From NCBI GenBank assembly GCA_964421595.1, contig CAYQXY010000001.1, positions 447 through 64,446 on the forward strand: DNA of 64,000 nucleotides. Reading direction: 5' to 3'. Below, piece after piece: positions 52,186-61,947 of the stretch. Made by a program: the position numbers and the translations under genes. The stretch is from an uncultured Bacteroidales bacterium (GTDB taxonomy: Bacteria; Bacteroidota; Bacteroidia; Bacteroidales; PUMT01). Within the stretch, counting starts at the first letter, position 1. The number at the start of each line of letters is the position of its first letter. The notes below the pieces were generated by a model. It saw nothing but the letters and a program-made list of their open reading frames with translations, searched no databases and was not told where the DNA came from.

Positions 52186-52764
52186 ATGAGAACTATAAAA
52201 ATTGCCGGTGGTGCAGCAGTGATTCTGCTTATACTGTTCTGGCTGAACAGCCGGAATGATACTGCCACAAATGCAGCTCAGGTATCAGAAAATTCAGTGG
52301 AAACATCAAACAATACAGGTATTGAGATTGGAGATATTGCCCCGGAACTTGAATTTGAATCGCCCGGAGGAGAATCTATTGCTCTTTCCTCACTCAGGGG
52401 AAACCTTGTGCTTGTTGACTTCTGGGCATCGTGGTGTGGTCCGTGCAGAAGGGCAAACCCTTCAAAAGTAGCCGCATGGCATCAGTTCAGGAACAAGGAG
52501 TTTATAAACGGAGAGTCATTTAAGGTTTATTCAGTATCACTGGATAAATCAAAAGATGCCTGGCTGAGCGGAATAGAGGATGACAAATTGCAATGGGAAG
52601 AACATGTTAGCGACCTGCAGGGATGGAATTCAGTGCCCGCAGCAATGTACCAGGTCAGAGGCATTCCAGCCAACTTCCTGATTGACGGAGACGGAGTGAT
52701 TATAGCCACAAACCTGAGAGGTGACGACATTTCCGAAACCCTGAGCCAGTATCTTAAAGAATAG
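52186..52764 (+). CDS. TlpA-family thiol-disulfide oxidoreductase, membrane anchored
   Basis: Motifs VLVDFWASWCGPC and IPANFLID; N-terminal TM. A TATATTTG box at 52148-52155 supports the start at MRTIK. Confidence 0.9.
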   Translation: MRTIKIAGGAAVILLILFWLNSRNDTATNAAQVSENSVETSNNTGIEIGDIAPELEFESPGGESIALSSLRGNLVLVDFWASWCGPCRRANPSKVAAWHQFRNKEFINGESFKVYSVSLDKSKDAWLSGIEDDKLQWEEHVSDLQGWNSVPAAMYQVRGIPANFLIDGDGVIIATNLRGDDISETLSQYLKE

Positions 52765-52823
52765 TAATCACTTTCTATTCTGGCAATCACAGATCCTTTG
52801 GATTATCATAATATTATATACCA

Positions 52824-52863
52824 TGTCAAAATGTCCGCAATGGCAATATGGCGTGGTATTTGT
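52824..52863 (+). promoter_or_regulatory. Candidate sigma54 (-24/-12) promoter plus TGnCA repeats upstream of grpE
   Basis: TGGCGTGGTATTTGT (52849-52863) gives GG-N10-GT. Upstream are TGTCAAAATGTCC and TGGCAATATGGC. No CIRCE element seen. Confidence 0.45.
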
Positions 52864-52905
52864 TTGCCCTATTTTCAAATCCTAACATAATTCACTTTTT
52901 ACAAT

Positions 52906-53559
52906 ATGGGAAAAAATAAAAAAAGTCAGCAGGAGAAAAAGAGAGAGGAAAAGGCCAGAAATGAAAATGCTGAAAATAATGCTCAGAAATCTGTCAAAAA
53001 AGATAAGGAACCCGAAAAAACGGCCACAGACAGCAGCACAGGAGACGGTCATGATGCCCGAACAGGAAATAATTCCGGACCGGAAATATCAGACATCCCC
53101 GATGAGCAGGCTTTACTTATCGGACTTGAAGAAAAAATAAAGGAGAAAGAAGATAAGTATCTCCGGCTGGCTGCTGAATTCGACAATTACAGGAAACGCA
53201 CCCTTAGGGAAAAGGCAGAGCTATCCAAACTTGTCGGAAGCGACATTATTTCCGGTCTGCTGCCTGTAGTTGATGATTTTGACCGTGCAATTGAATCGAT
53301 GAATGATGCAAAGGATATGGATGCCATGCAAAAAGGCATTATTCTTATTCGTGATAAATTCAAGGAGTTCCTGAAACAAAAGGGAGTGAATGAAATAAAG
53401 GCCATAGGCCATGAGTTTGACACAGATCTGCATGAGGCAATTACAAAAATACCCGCATCTGACAAAAAGGACAGGGGGAAAATAGTTGATGTAATTCTTA
53501 AAGGCTATATCCTTCATGATAAGGTAATAAGATACGCCAAGGTGGTTGTTGGCGAGTAA
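52906..53559 (+). CDS. grpE: Nucleotide exchange factor GrpE
   Basis: Motifs YLRLAAEFDNYRKR, LLPVVDDFDRA, FDTDLHEA and KGY..HDKVIRYAKVVV. Confidence 0.97.
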   Translation: MGKNKKSQQEKKREEKARNENAENNAQKSVKKDKEPEKTATDSSTGDGHDARTGNNSGPEISDIPDEQALLIGLEEKIKEKEDKYLRLAAEFDNYRKRTLREKAELSKLVGSDIISGLLPVVDDFDRAIESMNDAKDMDAMQKGIILIRDKFKEFLKQKGVNEIKAIGHEFDTDLHEAITKIPASDKKDRGKIVDVILKGYILHDKVIRYAKVVVGE

Positions 53560-53596
53560 GTGATTATATAAAGCACTAAATAAGAAATAGCATTAA

Positions 53597-54742
53597 ATGG
53601 CGAAAAGAGATTATTACGAAGTACTTGGCATAAAAAAGAATGCAACACAAGCCGAGATCAAGGCAGCTTACAGGAAAAAAGCACTGTTGCACCATCCTGA
53701 TAAAAATCCGGGAGACCCTTCGGCTGAAGAAAAATTCAAGGAAGCTGCAGAGGCATATGAAATCCTTGGAAACGAACAAAAAAGAGCAAGGTACGATCAG
53801 TATGGTCATGCCGGTGTTGAAGGTGCAGCTGGAGGATTTGGCGGCGGCGGCATGACAGTGGAAGATATTTTCAGCCATTTCGGCGATATATTTGGCGGCG
53901 GATTCGGCGGGTTCGGAGGGTTTTCCGGAGGTCACAGAGGACGTCGGGTAAACAAGGGGTCGAACCTCCGTGTGAAAGTGAAGCTTAACCTTTCTGAGGT
54001 AGCAAATGGCGTAGAGAAAAAGATCAAAGTGAACAAATATGTTTCCTGTAAAACCTGCGACGGATCAGGGGCAAAAAACGGCAGTGCTTACAGCGACTGT
54101 TCCACATGCCACGGAACCGGCCAGGTGACAAGGATATCCAATACTTTTCTCGGACAAATGCAATCGACCTCGACATGTCCGACCTGTGGCGGTGAAGGAA
54201 AACAGATTACAAGCAAGTGTACAGTATGCTACGGTGAAGGTATCGTAAAGGAGTCAGAAGTGGTGACCCTGAATATCCCCGCCGGTGTAGCAGGAGGAAT
54301 GCAAATGTCGGTAAGCGGGAAGGGGAATGCTGCAAGGAGAGGAGGCATAAACGGAGACCTGATAGTTGTTATTGAAGAAGAAAAACATCCCGAATTGTTA
54401 CGTGATGGCAATGATCTGATATACTACCTTTACCTGAGTTTCCCCGATTCAGCCCTTGGTGTGCCGGTTGAGATACCTACAATTGAAGGTAAGGTCAAAA
54501 TAAAAATCGAACCCGGAACGCAACCAGGAAAGATTCTCCGGCTGAGGGGCAAGGGTCTGCCGGAACTTAACGGCTACGGAAAAGGTGACCTCCTGGTAAA
54601 TATAAATGTGTGGATCCCAAGAAACATGTCAAAGGAAGAACAGGCTGCGATAGAAAAATTAAGATCTTCAGAGAACTTCACCCCTAATCCTACCAGGGAA
54701 GATAAAAACTTCTTCGAACGGATGAAAAGTTATTTTGAATAG
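53597..54742 (+). CDS. dnaJ: Chaperone DnaJ
   Basis: J domain with HPD, G/F-rich region and four CxxCxGxG repeats. Confidence 0.98.
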   Translation: MAKRDYYEVLGIKKNATQAEIKAAYRKKALLHHPDKNPGDPSAEEKFKEAAEAYEILGNEQKRARYDQYGHAGVEGAAGGFGGGGMTVEDIFSHFGDIFGGGFGGFGGFSGGHRGRRVNKGSNLRVKVKLNLSEVANGVEKKIKVNKYVSCKTCDGSGAKNGSAYSDCSTCHGTGQVTRISNTFLGQMQSTSTCPTCGGEGKQITSKCTVCYGEGIVKESEVVTLNIPAGVAGGMQMSVSGKGNAARRGGINGDLIVVIEEEKHPELLRDGNDLIYYLYLSFPDSALGVPVEIPTIEGKVKIKIEPGTQPGKILRLRGKGLPELNGYGKGDLLVNINVWIPRNMSKEEQAAIEKLRSSENFTPNPTREDKNFFERMKSYFE

Positions 54743-54852
54743 TAATTAAAACTCGTACCTTTAATATGGCAAATCCGCGATCAATGCTTCTGCTCATCAC
54801 GGAAATATTCATGCAAGAGAGCCAAAAATCTTTACTAATCAATATTATTTAG

Positions 54853-55785
54853 ATGGATCTGTTCTCCGCAAGAAATGTTACAAAAAAATTTGTAAACCAC
54901 CAGGCACTTGACAATGTCAGTGTGTCAGTACCTGAGAAAAGTATTTACGGACTTCTTGGCCCGAACGGGGCAGGCAAGACAACCCTTATCCGCATTATTA
55001 ATCAGATAACCGCCCCCGATTCAGGTGAACTCTATTACCGGGGCAGGAAACTTAACTCCGGCGACGTTCACGATATAGGATACCTGCCTGAGGAAAGGGG
55101 GCTATATAAAAAGATGAAGGTTGGCGAACAGGCACTTTATTTCGCCAGACTAAAGGGACTCGAAAAGAAAGAAGCACTAAAACGACTGAAATACTGGTTT
55201 GAAAAATTTGAGATCCAGGCCTGGTGGGATAAGAAAGTGGAGGAACTCTCAAAAGGTATGCAACAGAAAATTCAATTCATTATAACAATCCTTCATGAAC
55301 CCGGATTGTTAATATTTGATGAACCTTTCAGCGGGTTTGACCCTATCAACACCAATCTGCTTAAAAATGAAATTACCAGGCTTCGCGACCGGGGCGCTAC
55401 AATAATATTCTCTACTCATAACATGGCATCGGTCGAGGAGCTGTGCGACCATATTACACTTATTAACAACTCGAAAGCTATTATCAGTGGTTCGGTAAAC
55501 AACATCAGGCAGCAATTCAAGCTTGATATTTACCGCATCAGTTTCGAGGGTGATCCCGAAAAACTTAATACAATACTCAATAATAATTACGAAGTACTAA
55601 GCAAAGTGAGCAGTTCAACAGGCCATACCGCCCGGATAAGGCTACTTGGGAAAACCCGGGAAAATGAACTTCTGAACCTCCTGATGCCTCATTTCCACAT
55701 TACGTCATTTACCGAAGAAATTCCAAGCATGAATGATATATTTATTGACCTTGTAAACAAGCATAAAACAGCAGGCATTGCATAA
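54853..55785 (+). CDS. ABC-2 transporter ATP-binding protein (NatA/YhaQ-like)
   Basis: Motifs GPNGAGKTT, GYLPEERGLY, LSKGMQQK and DEPFSGFDP. Confidence 0.92.
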   Translation: MDLFSARNVTKKFVNHQALDNVSVSVPEKSIYGLLGPNGAGKTTLIRIINQITAPDSGELYYRGRKLNSGDVHDIGYLPEERGLYKKMKVGEQALYFARLKGLEKKEALKRLKYWFEKFEIQAWWDKKVEELSKGMQQKIQFIITILHEPGLLIFDEPFSGFDPINTNLLKNEITRLRDRGATIIFSTHNMASVEELCDHITLINNSKAIISGSVNNIRQQFKLDIYRISFEGDPEKLNTILNNNYEVLSKVSSSTGHTARIRLLGKTRENELLNLLMPHFHITSFTEEIPSMNDIFIDLVNKHKTAGIA

Positions 55786-55797
55786 TACAATATCATC

Positions 55798-57147
55798 ATG
55801 ACCAATAAAAGTTTATTGATCCTCAGCAGGGAATATTTCACGAGAGTGAGAAAGAAGTCATTTATTATCATGTCTATCCTGGGCCCGATACTTTTCGCAG
55901 GTATAGTAGTCGGACCTGCCTGGTTTGCAACATTGGAAGACAGTGAGGTAAGGACCATTGCAGTTATCGACAGCTCAAAACTGTTTATAAACCAGATCCC
56001 TGAAACAGACTATCTGAAATTTGAATATCTGGAAAACACCAGTGTCGACCAGTTAAGAGAGAATTTCCCTGGTACCGGATATTATGCGGTTCTTTATATT
56101 GCGCATATTGTTCCCTCATCCCCTTCAGCAGTTCAATTGCTCTCTGACAAACAGGTCGGGATGAATATCAGGATGCACATAGCAAATGCTATCGAAAAAG
56201 AGCTTGAACGACAAAAACTTGCCGCATACAATATTGAAAATCTTGATGACATCCTGGCAGCAATAAAAACAAGCGTAAACATTCGCACAATTGTCTGGCA
56301 GGATGATGGAGGTGAAAAAGAAAGTTATACAGAACTTGCAATGGTTGTTGGTTATCTGGGAGGGTTCCTGATCTATTTTTTCATATTCCTGTTCGGTGCA
56401 CAGGTCATGCGCGGTGTAATAGAAGAAAAATCCAGCCGGGTTGTTGAGATACTTGTTTCATCTGTAAAACCATTCCAGCTGATGTTGGGAAAGATTCTGG
56501 GTATCGGACTTGTTGGCCTTACACAGTTCTTTCTCTGGGTAATTTTAAGCGCTTCCCTTGTCCTTATAAGCCAGCAACTATTTTTTCCGGAACTGGGAAC
56601 TCCCTCTTCTGAAAATGTAGTTGTCGACGACCTCTTTTCTTCCAGCTCCCTTCAGGAAACAGAGTCTCCGGAGGCACAGGATCAAGGCAGGCTTACGGAA
56701 ATGTTTGCCTCAATATCGGCAATTAATTTCGGGGTAATACTTGGTGCTTTCCTGTTCTATTTTTTAGGCGGTTATCTCCTTTACGCTTCACTCTTCGCAT
56801 CAATTGGTTCGGCGGTGGACAGTGAAACAGATACACAGCAGTTTATGCTTCCCATTACCATCCCACTAATCCTGTCTATAATTGTCATGATGAATGCGAT
56901 TACGAATCCTGAAGGCCCGATAGCCTTCTGGTTTTCGATTATCCCGTTCACCTCTCCCATCATAATGATGGCCCGGATTCCTTTTGGAGTCCCCATCTGG
57001 GAGGTAGCCTTGTCGGCAGGACTCCTGATCGCCTCATTTATCTTTACAACATGGCTTGCCGCAAAAATTTACCGCACTGGAATACTAATGTACGGTAAAA
57101 AGGTAAATTACCTGGAATTATGGAAATGGCTCAGGCATAAAAGTTAA
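55798..57147 (+). CDS. ABC-2 permease (NatB/YhaP-like)
   Basis: Motifs REYFTRVRKKSF, VMRGVIEEKSSRVVEILVSSV, IPFTSPI and IYRTGILMYGKK. Confidence 0.92.
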   Translation: MTNKSLLILSREYFTRVRKKSFIIMSILGPILFAGIVVGPAWFATLEDSEVRTIAVIDSSKLFINQIPETDYLKFEYLENTSVDQLRENFPGTGYYAVLYIAHIVPSSPSAVQLLSDKQVGMNIRMHIANAIEKELERQKLAAYNIENLDDILAAIKTSVNIRTIVWQDDGGEKESYTELAMVVGYLGGFLIYFFIFLFGAQVMRGVIEEKSSRVVEILVSSVKPFQLMLGKILGIGLVGLTQFFLWVILSASLVLISQQLFFPELGTPSSENVVVDDLFSSSSLQETESPEAQDQGRLTEMFASISAINFGVILGAFLFYFLGGYLLYASLFASIGSAVDSETDTQQFMLPITIPLILSIIVMMNAITNPEGPIAFWFSIIPFTSPIIMMARIPFGVPIWEVALSAGLLIASFIFTTWLAAKIYRTGILMYGKKVNYLELWKWLRHKS

Positions 57148-57271
57148 ACCTTCTTAAAAGGCTTATTCTGCCTGTGCTTTTTGAACTTAAGCAAAAATAT
57201 TTTGTTAATATCCTGACATAGGATATTACATCCTGCGTGATAATTTTATCAATAAAAAACTTAAACTTTCA

Positions 57272-58228
57272 ATGCGAATCGCAATACTCGATCTTGGAAC
57301 AAATACTTTTAATCTCCTGATAATTGAAGCAGAAACAGGAAAAACGGGAACTACCATCCTTTTAAGCAGGAAGGAACCCGTGCGGCTTGGAGAAAAAGGC
57401 ATAAATAAAGGCAAAATAACAAGAAAGGCTTTTGAACGGGGACTGGCAGCTATAGAGAATCATGTTAAATACATTAATGCTCACAGGGCAGATCAGGTCT
57501 ACGCCTTTGCAACTTCAGCTATCCGTTCGGCCGGTAACGGACTGGAATTTGTCAGGGTAGTATATGACCGGTTTAATATCGGCATACAGGTTATATCTGG
57601 TAATAAGGAAGCTGAACTAATCTATCTCGGAGTTAAGCAGGCAATAGACATGGGGCTAAAAAAGCACCTGATAGTTGATATTGGAGGAGGAAGCAATGAA
57701 CTGATAATTGCAGACAGTGAAAAAATTTACTGGAAAGAAAGCTTTCCAATCGGGATGGCAAGATTGCTGAATAAATTCAAACCGTCCGACCCTATTGAAA
57801 CTTCACAGAAAGAGTCTCTTGAAAATCATTTTTCAGAGAAGCTGTGCAGTTTCTTTAAGGCAGCTGAAATACATAAACCTGATATTCTTATCGGATCTTC
57901 AGGGTCATTTGATACATTCCGGGCACTGCTGGAAGCAATGAAAGGAGGCCCTCCTGCCGAAGCATACGGCCCGTATTTTGAATTCTCTACCAGTGAATTT
58001 ATGGTATTGTATCAGCGGCTTATCAATTCTACAGCTGAAGAGCGGCTTCTTATGGAAGGAATGGAACCTATGAGAATAGAAATGATTGTGATTGCCGCTA
58101 TATTTGTTAATTTTATTGTCCGAAAACTCGATATCGGACTGTTAATGCAATCTGATTATGCCCTTAAAGAAGGTGCTGTTATTGAAATACTAAAGCAACC
58201 CGTACCATATCTTCAGCAGGAAGACTAA
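57272..58228 (+). CDS. Ppx/GppA-family phosphatase (short form)
   Basis: Motifs ILDLGTNT, ATSAIRSA.N, ISG.KEA and VDIGGGSNE. Confidence 0.92.
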   Translation: MRIAILDLGTNTFNLLIIEAETGKTGTTILLSRKEPVRLGEKGINKGKITRKAFERGLAAIENHVKYINAHRADQVYAFATSAIRSAGNGLEFVRVVYDRFNIGIQVISGNKEAELIYLGVKQAIDMGLKKHLIVDIGGGSNELIIADSEKIYWKESFPIGMARLLNKFKPSDPIETSQKESLENHFSEKLCSFFKAAEIHKPDILIGSSGSFDTFRALLEAMKGGPPAEAYGPYFEFSTSEFMVLYQRLINSTAEERLLMEGMEPMRIEMIVIAAIFVNFIVRKLDIGLLMQSDYALKEGAVIEILKQPVPYLQQED

Positions 58229-58258
58229 ATTTCCCGCCGATACTTTTAACTTTGAACA

Positions 58259-59425
58259 ATGGCCAACATCCTTGTAATTGATGATGAGAGAAGCATACGA
58301 AACACTCTTAAAGAGGTCCTGGAATATGAAAAACATGTTATAGATGTATCATCAGACGGAGAAGAGGGACTTGAAATGTTTTCCGGCAAAGCCTATGATG
58401 CAGTACTACTTGATATAAAAATGCCAAAAATGGATGGCATTGAAGTCCTCAATAAAATCACTTCAATTTCAACGGATATTCCGGTAATAATGATCTCGGG
58501 GCATGGCAACATCGATACGGCAGTGGAGGCTATTAAAAAGGGTGCTTATGATTTTATTGAAAAGCCACTGGACCTTAACAGATTGCTTATAACTATCAGA
58601 AATGCGCTGGATAAATCTCAGCTAATTACAGAAACCAAAGTACTTAAAAGGAAGGTCAGCAAGACTTATGAAATGATTGGCGAGTCTCCGCCGATGCAGA
58701 AAGTCAGGTCGATGATTGACAGAGTTGCTTTAACAGATGCCAGGGTATTGATAACCGGCAGGAACGGAACAGGAAAAGAACTGGTCGCACGATGGCTGCA
58801 TGAGAAAAGCAACAGGGCATCCAAACCCTTTATTGAAGTAAACTGCGCAGCTATACCATCTGAACTGATTGAGAGTGAGCTTTTTGGCCACGAAAAAGGA
58901 GCCTTCACATCTGCCCATAAAGACAGAAAGGGAAAATTCGAACAGGCTAACAATGGCACAATATTTCTGGATGAAATTGGCGACATGAGCCTTTCAGCCC
59001 AGGCAAAGGTTTTAAGGGTACTTCAGGAAAACAAACTCTCTCCTGTGGGAAGTGACAAGGATATCAGGGTAGATGTGAGAATTATTGCAGCAACCAACAA
59101 GAATATGAAAGATGAGATAGAGTCAAACAGGTTCAGGGAGGATCTCTATCACCGCCTGAGTGTTATCCTCATAAATGTCCCGACTCTTAACGAAAGACTG
59201 GAGGATATACCTTTGCTTGCAGACCATTTCAATGAAATGATCTGTGCCGAATACGGAATGCCGAAAAAGGCGATTAATGAAGATGCAATAGCAGAACTCC
59301 AGAAAATAGAATGGACAGGGAATATAAGGGAATTCAGGAATGTACTCGAACGGCTTATAATTTTATGTGATAAGGAGATAACCGGGAAGGATGTGATCAA
59401 CTATTCCCAGCCCATTTCAAGATAG
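58259..59425 (+). CDS. Sigma54-interaction response regulator (REC + AAA+, no C-terminal HTH), NtrX-like
   Basis: Receiver DD/D/K residues; motifs GRNGTGKE, ESELFGHEKGAFTSA, FLDEIGD, FREDLYHRL and WTGNIRE. Ends ~20 aa after the AAA+ domain. Confidence 0.92.
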   Translation: MANILVIDDERSIRNTLKEVLEYEKHVIDVSSDGEEGLEMFSGKAYDAVLLDIKMPKMDGIEVLNKITSISTDIPVIMISGHGNIDTAVEAIKKGAYDFIEKPLDLNRLLITIRNALDKSQLITETKVLKRKVSKTYEMIGESPPMQKVRSMIDRVALTDARVLITGRNGTGKELVARWLHEKSNRASKPFIEVNCAAIPSELIESELFGHEKGAFTSAHKDRKGKFEQANNGTIFLDEIGDMSLSAQAKVLRVLQENKLSPVGSDKDIRVDVRIIAATNKNMKDEIESNRFREDLYHRLSVILINVPTLNERLEDIPLLADHFNEMICAEYGMPKKAINEDAIAELQKIEWTGNIREFRNVLERLIILCDKEITGKDVINYSQPISR

Positions 59426-59670
59426 AAATCTCCCTCACGGGGATTATTCCCCATCTCTGTTAATTTATTATTGTTTGCACGGGTATTTGTCAGATTAGTT
59501 CGAATTTCTTATAATTGGCAATTGGATATCAACAATAACTTTCGCATTGTAATTGTTCACCGCGATCGGATCTCCCGCGTAATTTTTCATCTCTGTTTGT
59601 GTGCCTCTTTGCAAGGGAGATTTAACAGAGCTCTTTATTACCTGATTAAAAATTTAACCCCACCAGTCAA

Positions 59671-61134
59671 ATGAGAATTGAAAAGGATTTCCTGGGAGAA
59701 AGGGAGTTGCCTTCTGAAGCATTATATGGGATACATTCACTCAGGGCCAGTGAGAATTTTCCATACAGATCGGAATTTCATATTGAATGGTTTATGGCCC
59801 TGGGATTGACCAAACTTGCTTGCTACAATACCTACACCTCATTTTTAAAAGCCGCTGGCAACAAAACCGGCTATTCTTCTCTTCCTTTTACTCCATTAAA
59901 CAATGAGGTTGTGGAAATGATGAAACAGTCCGCCATGGAGATAGCTGCAGGCAACCATTTTGACCAGTTTATAGTTCCGGCCGTCCAGGGTGGTGCCGGA
60001 ACGAGTATAAACATGAATATCAATGAGATAATCGCAAACGCTACTCTCATCAAATTAAACTCACATACCGGAAATTACAAGCTTGCCGACCCGATTGAAC
60101 ACGCCAACATATACCAGTCGACCAACGATGTTGTTCCTACCTCTCTCAGACTCGCGGTTATAAAACTTCTTCTGGTGCTCGAAGAAGAGATCAACCAGCT
60201 GAGGTTTATAATCGAGAAAACCGAAAGCATTCACCGTAATCATCTCAGAATAGCATATACACAGATGCAGCAGGCTGTGCCATCCTCCTGGGGAATGCTG
60301 CTGGGTTCATATAATGAAGCTTTGTCGAGGGACTGGTGGAGGGTGTCCAAATGTTTTGAAAGGATTAAAACAGTAAATCTTGGTGGCAGTGCTGCAGGTA
60401 CCGGACTGGCCGTTCCAAGGTATTTTATAATGGAAGTTGTTCAGGAACTCCGTAAACTAACGGGCCTTCCCCTGTCACGCAGCGAAAACCTTCCCGATGC
60501 AACAAGTAATCACGACGGACTGGTAGAGGTGCATGCCATCCTGAAAACATATGCAGTTAATCTTGAGAAAATGGTATCAGACCTTCGGTTACTCTCATCT
60601 GATATTGCAGGTGGCAATGAATTAACACTCCCAAAAGTCCAGGTAGGAAGTTCAATAATGCCAGGAAAGGTCAATCCTGTTATATGTGAGTATGTAATAA
60701 GTTGTTCTCATAAGATTTATGCCAATGATCAGATAATAACATCGCTTTCCGCACAAGGGTGTCTCGATCTTAATGCTTACCTTCCATCCATTGGCCATGC
60801 ACTGCTTGAGAGTATCAAGCTGCTGATAGCTTCAAGCCGTTCACTGAGAATAAACCTGTTCAGCAGAATCGCTGTAAACAACAAATTGTCTGAGCTTAAT
60901 CTGTTCTCCAGCCCTGCAATTACCACAGCACTCACACCCTATATAGGCTATAACAAGTCTGCAACACTTGCCGGCCTGATGAAGGAAAAAGGTCTGGATA
61001 TATTCAAAGCCAACGAGGAAATGCAGGTTATTGATCCTGATTGGCTTGCCGCGATACTTGAACCTGAAAATCTGCTTAAGACAGGATTTTCCCTGGGAGA
61101 CCTGCACGACAGAAGACAGAAAGACCCGGATTAA
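59671..61134 (+). CDS. Aspartate ammonia-lyase-like protein (fumarase/aspartase superfamily)
   Basis: Motifs MRIEKDFLG, YGIHSLRA.ENF, QGGAGTS.NMN, QSTNDVVPT and GSSIMPGKVNP. Confidence 0.88.
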   Translation: MRIEKDFLGERELPSEALYGIHSLRASENFPYRSEFHIEWFMALGLTKLACYNTYTSFLKAAGNKTGYSSLPFTPLNNEVVEMMKQSAMEIAAGNHFDQFIVPAVQGGAGTSINMNINEIIANATLIKLNSHTGNYKLADPIEHANIYQSTNDVVPTSLRLAVIKLLLVLEEEINQLRFIIEKTESIHRNHLRIAYTQMQQAVPSSWGMLLGSYNEALSRDWWRVSKCFERIKTVNLGGSAAGTGLAVPRYFIMEVVQELRKLTGLPLSRSENLPDATSNHDGLVEVHAILKTYAVNLEKMVSDLRLLSSDIAGGNELTLPKVQVGSSIMPGKVNPVICEYVISCSHKIYANDQIITSLSAQGCLDLNAYLPSIGHALLESIKLLIASSRSLRINLFSRIAVNNKLSELNLFSSPAITTALTPYIGYNKSATLAGLMKEKGLDIFKANEEMQVIDPDWLAAILEPENLLKTGFSLGDLHDRRQKDPD

Positions 61135-61828
61135 TCTCAGTACAAACAAGATCATTCCCAATCACCCTGTAATCTGCACCAGGGTTTTTTATTACCCTTT
61201 TGAGTGAACTCAGATAGGGAAAGAAATGCAGGTGCAGATCAAATGTATATTTATATTCTCTCTGCCGGGGTACTACAATAATTAACCTGCTTCTGCATAC
61301 CCTTCTAAGTTCCCTTAAAGCTTTATCGAAGTTTTGTGTATGCTCAAGAGTATGGGCACAAATTACAGTGTCAAAATAATTATCAGGGAAATCAATATTT
61401 TCAATATCCCCACAGGTAATATGCAGATTATCAGGCTTGGCACTAATTTCCGGAGCAATAATATCTATACCATAAATATTTTTTCCCGGATATTTATCTG
61501 CAAGCAAACTGACAAGGTAACCTCGCCCACAGGCAATATCAAGTACTGACTCACCGGAAATGTTATTTAAAATATAACTGAGTGATTTTCTGTTCAGGTC
61601 AGTCGGCCTCTTCAGGTGACTGTCTTCAAGTCTGCTGTAATAATCGCGGAGTTCTTCCCCCGAAAAGAAAGGAGCCCTTTCTTTGAACTCGGCGAAATAT
61701 CTTGTTTTCCTTCCAAAAAACGGATAAAGAAAAAAGAATAAAAACAACCTGCTGTCCCTTAACACGGGTGGGAAAAGGTTGTCAAATACGTAATTTATAT
61801 ATTTTGTAAAATCACGTCGTAGTGCCAT
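61076..61828 (-). CDS. Class I SAM-dependent methyltransferase
   Basis: Motifs VLDIACGRG, GIDI and FPDNYFDTVICAHTLEH; 3' end overlaps the aspA-like gene by 59 nt. Confidence 0.88.
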   Translation of the reverse strand: MALRRDFTKYINYVFDNLFPPVLRDSRLFLFFFLYPFFGRKTRYFAEFKERAPFFSGEELRDYYSRLEDSHLKRPTDLNRKSLSYILNNISGESVLDIACGRGYLVSLLADKYPGKNIYGIDIIAPEISAKPDNLHITCGDIENIDFPDNYFDTVICAHTLEHTQNFDKALRELRRVCRSRLIIVVPRQREYKYTFDLHLHFFPYLSSLKRVIKNPGADYRVIGNDLVCTEINPGLSVFCRAGLPGKILS

Positions 61829-61947
61829 TTTTTTATCTGTTTTTTCAAACCTGTTGCAATGATATGAATAATGTATGTATTTTCGGATAAAATAAGTTCA
61901 TGTTAATTTGAGAAACCTGGCAATGATAATAATTTAATTCAGCAGTC

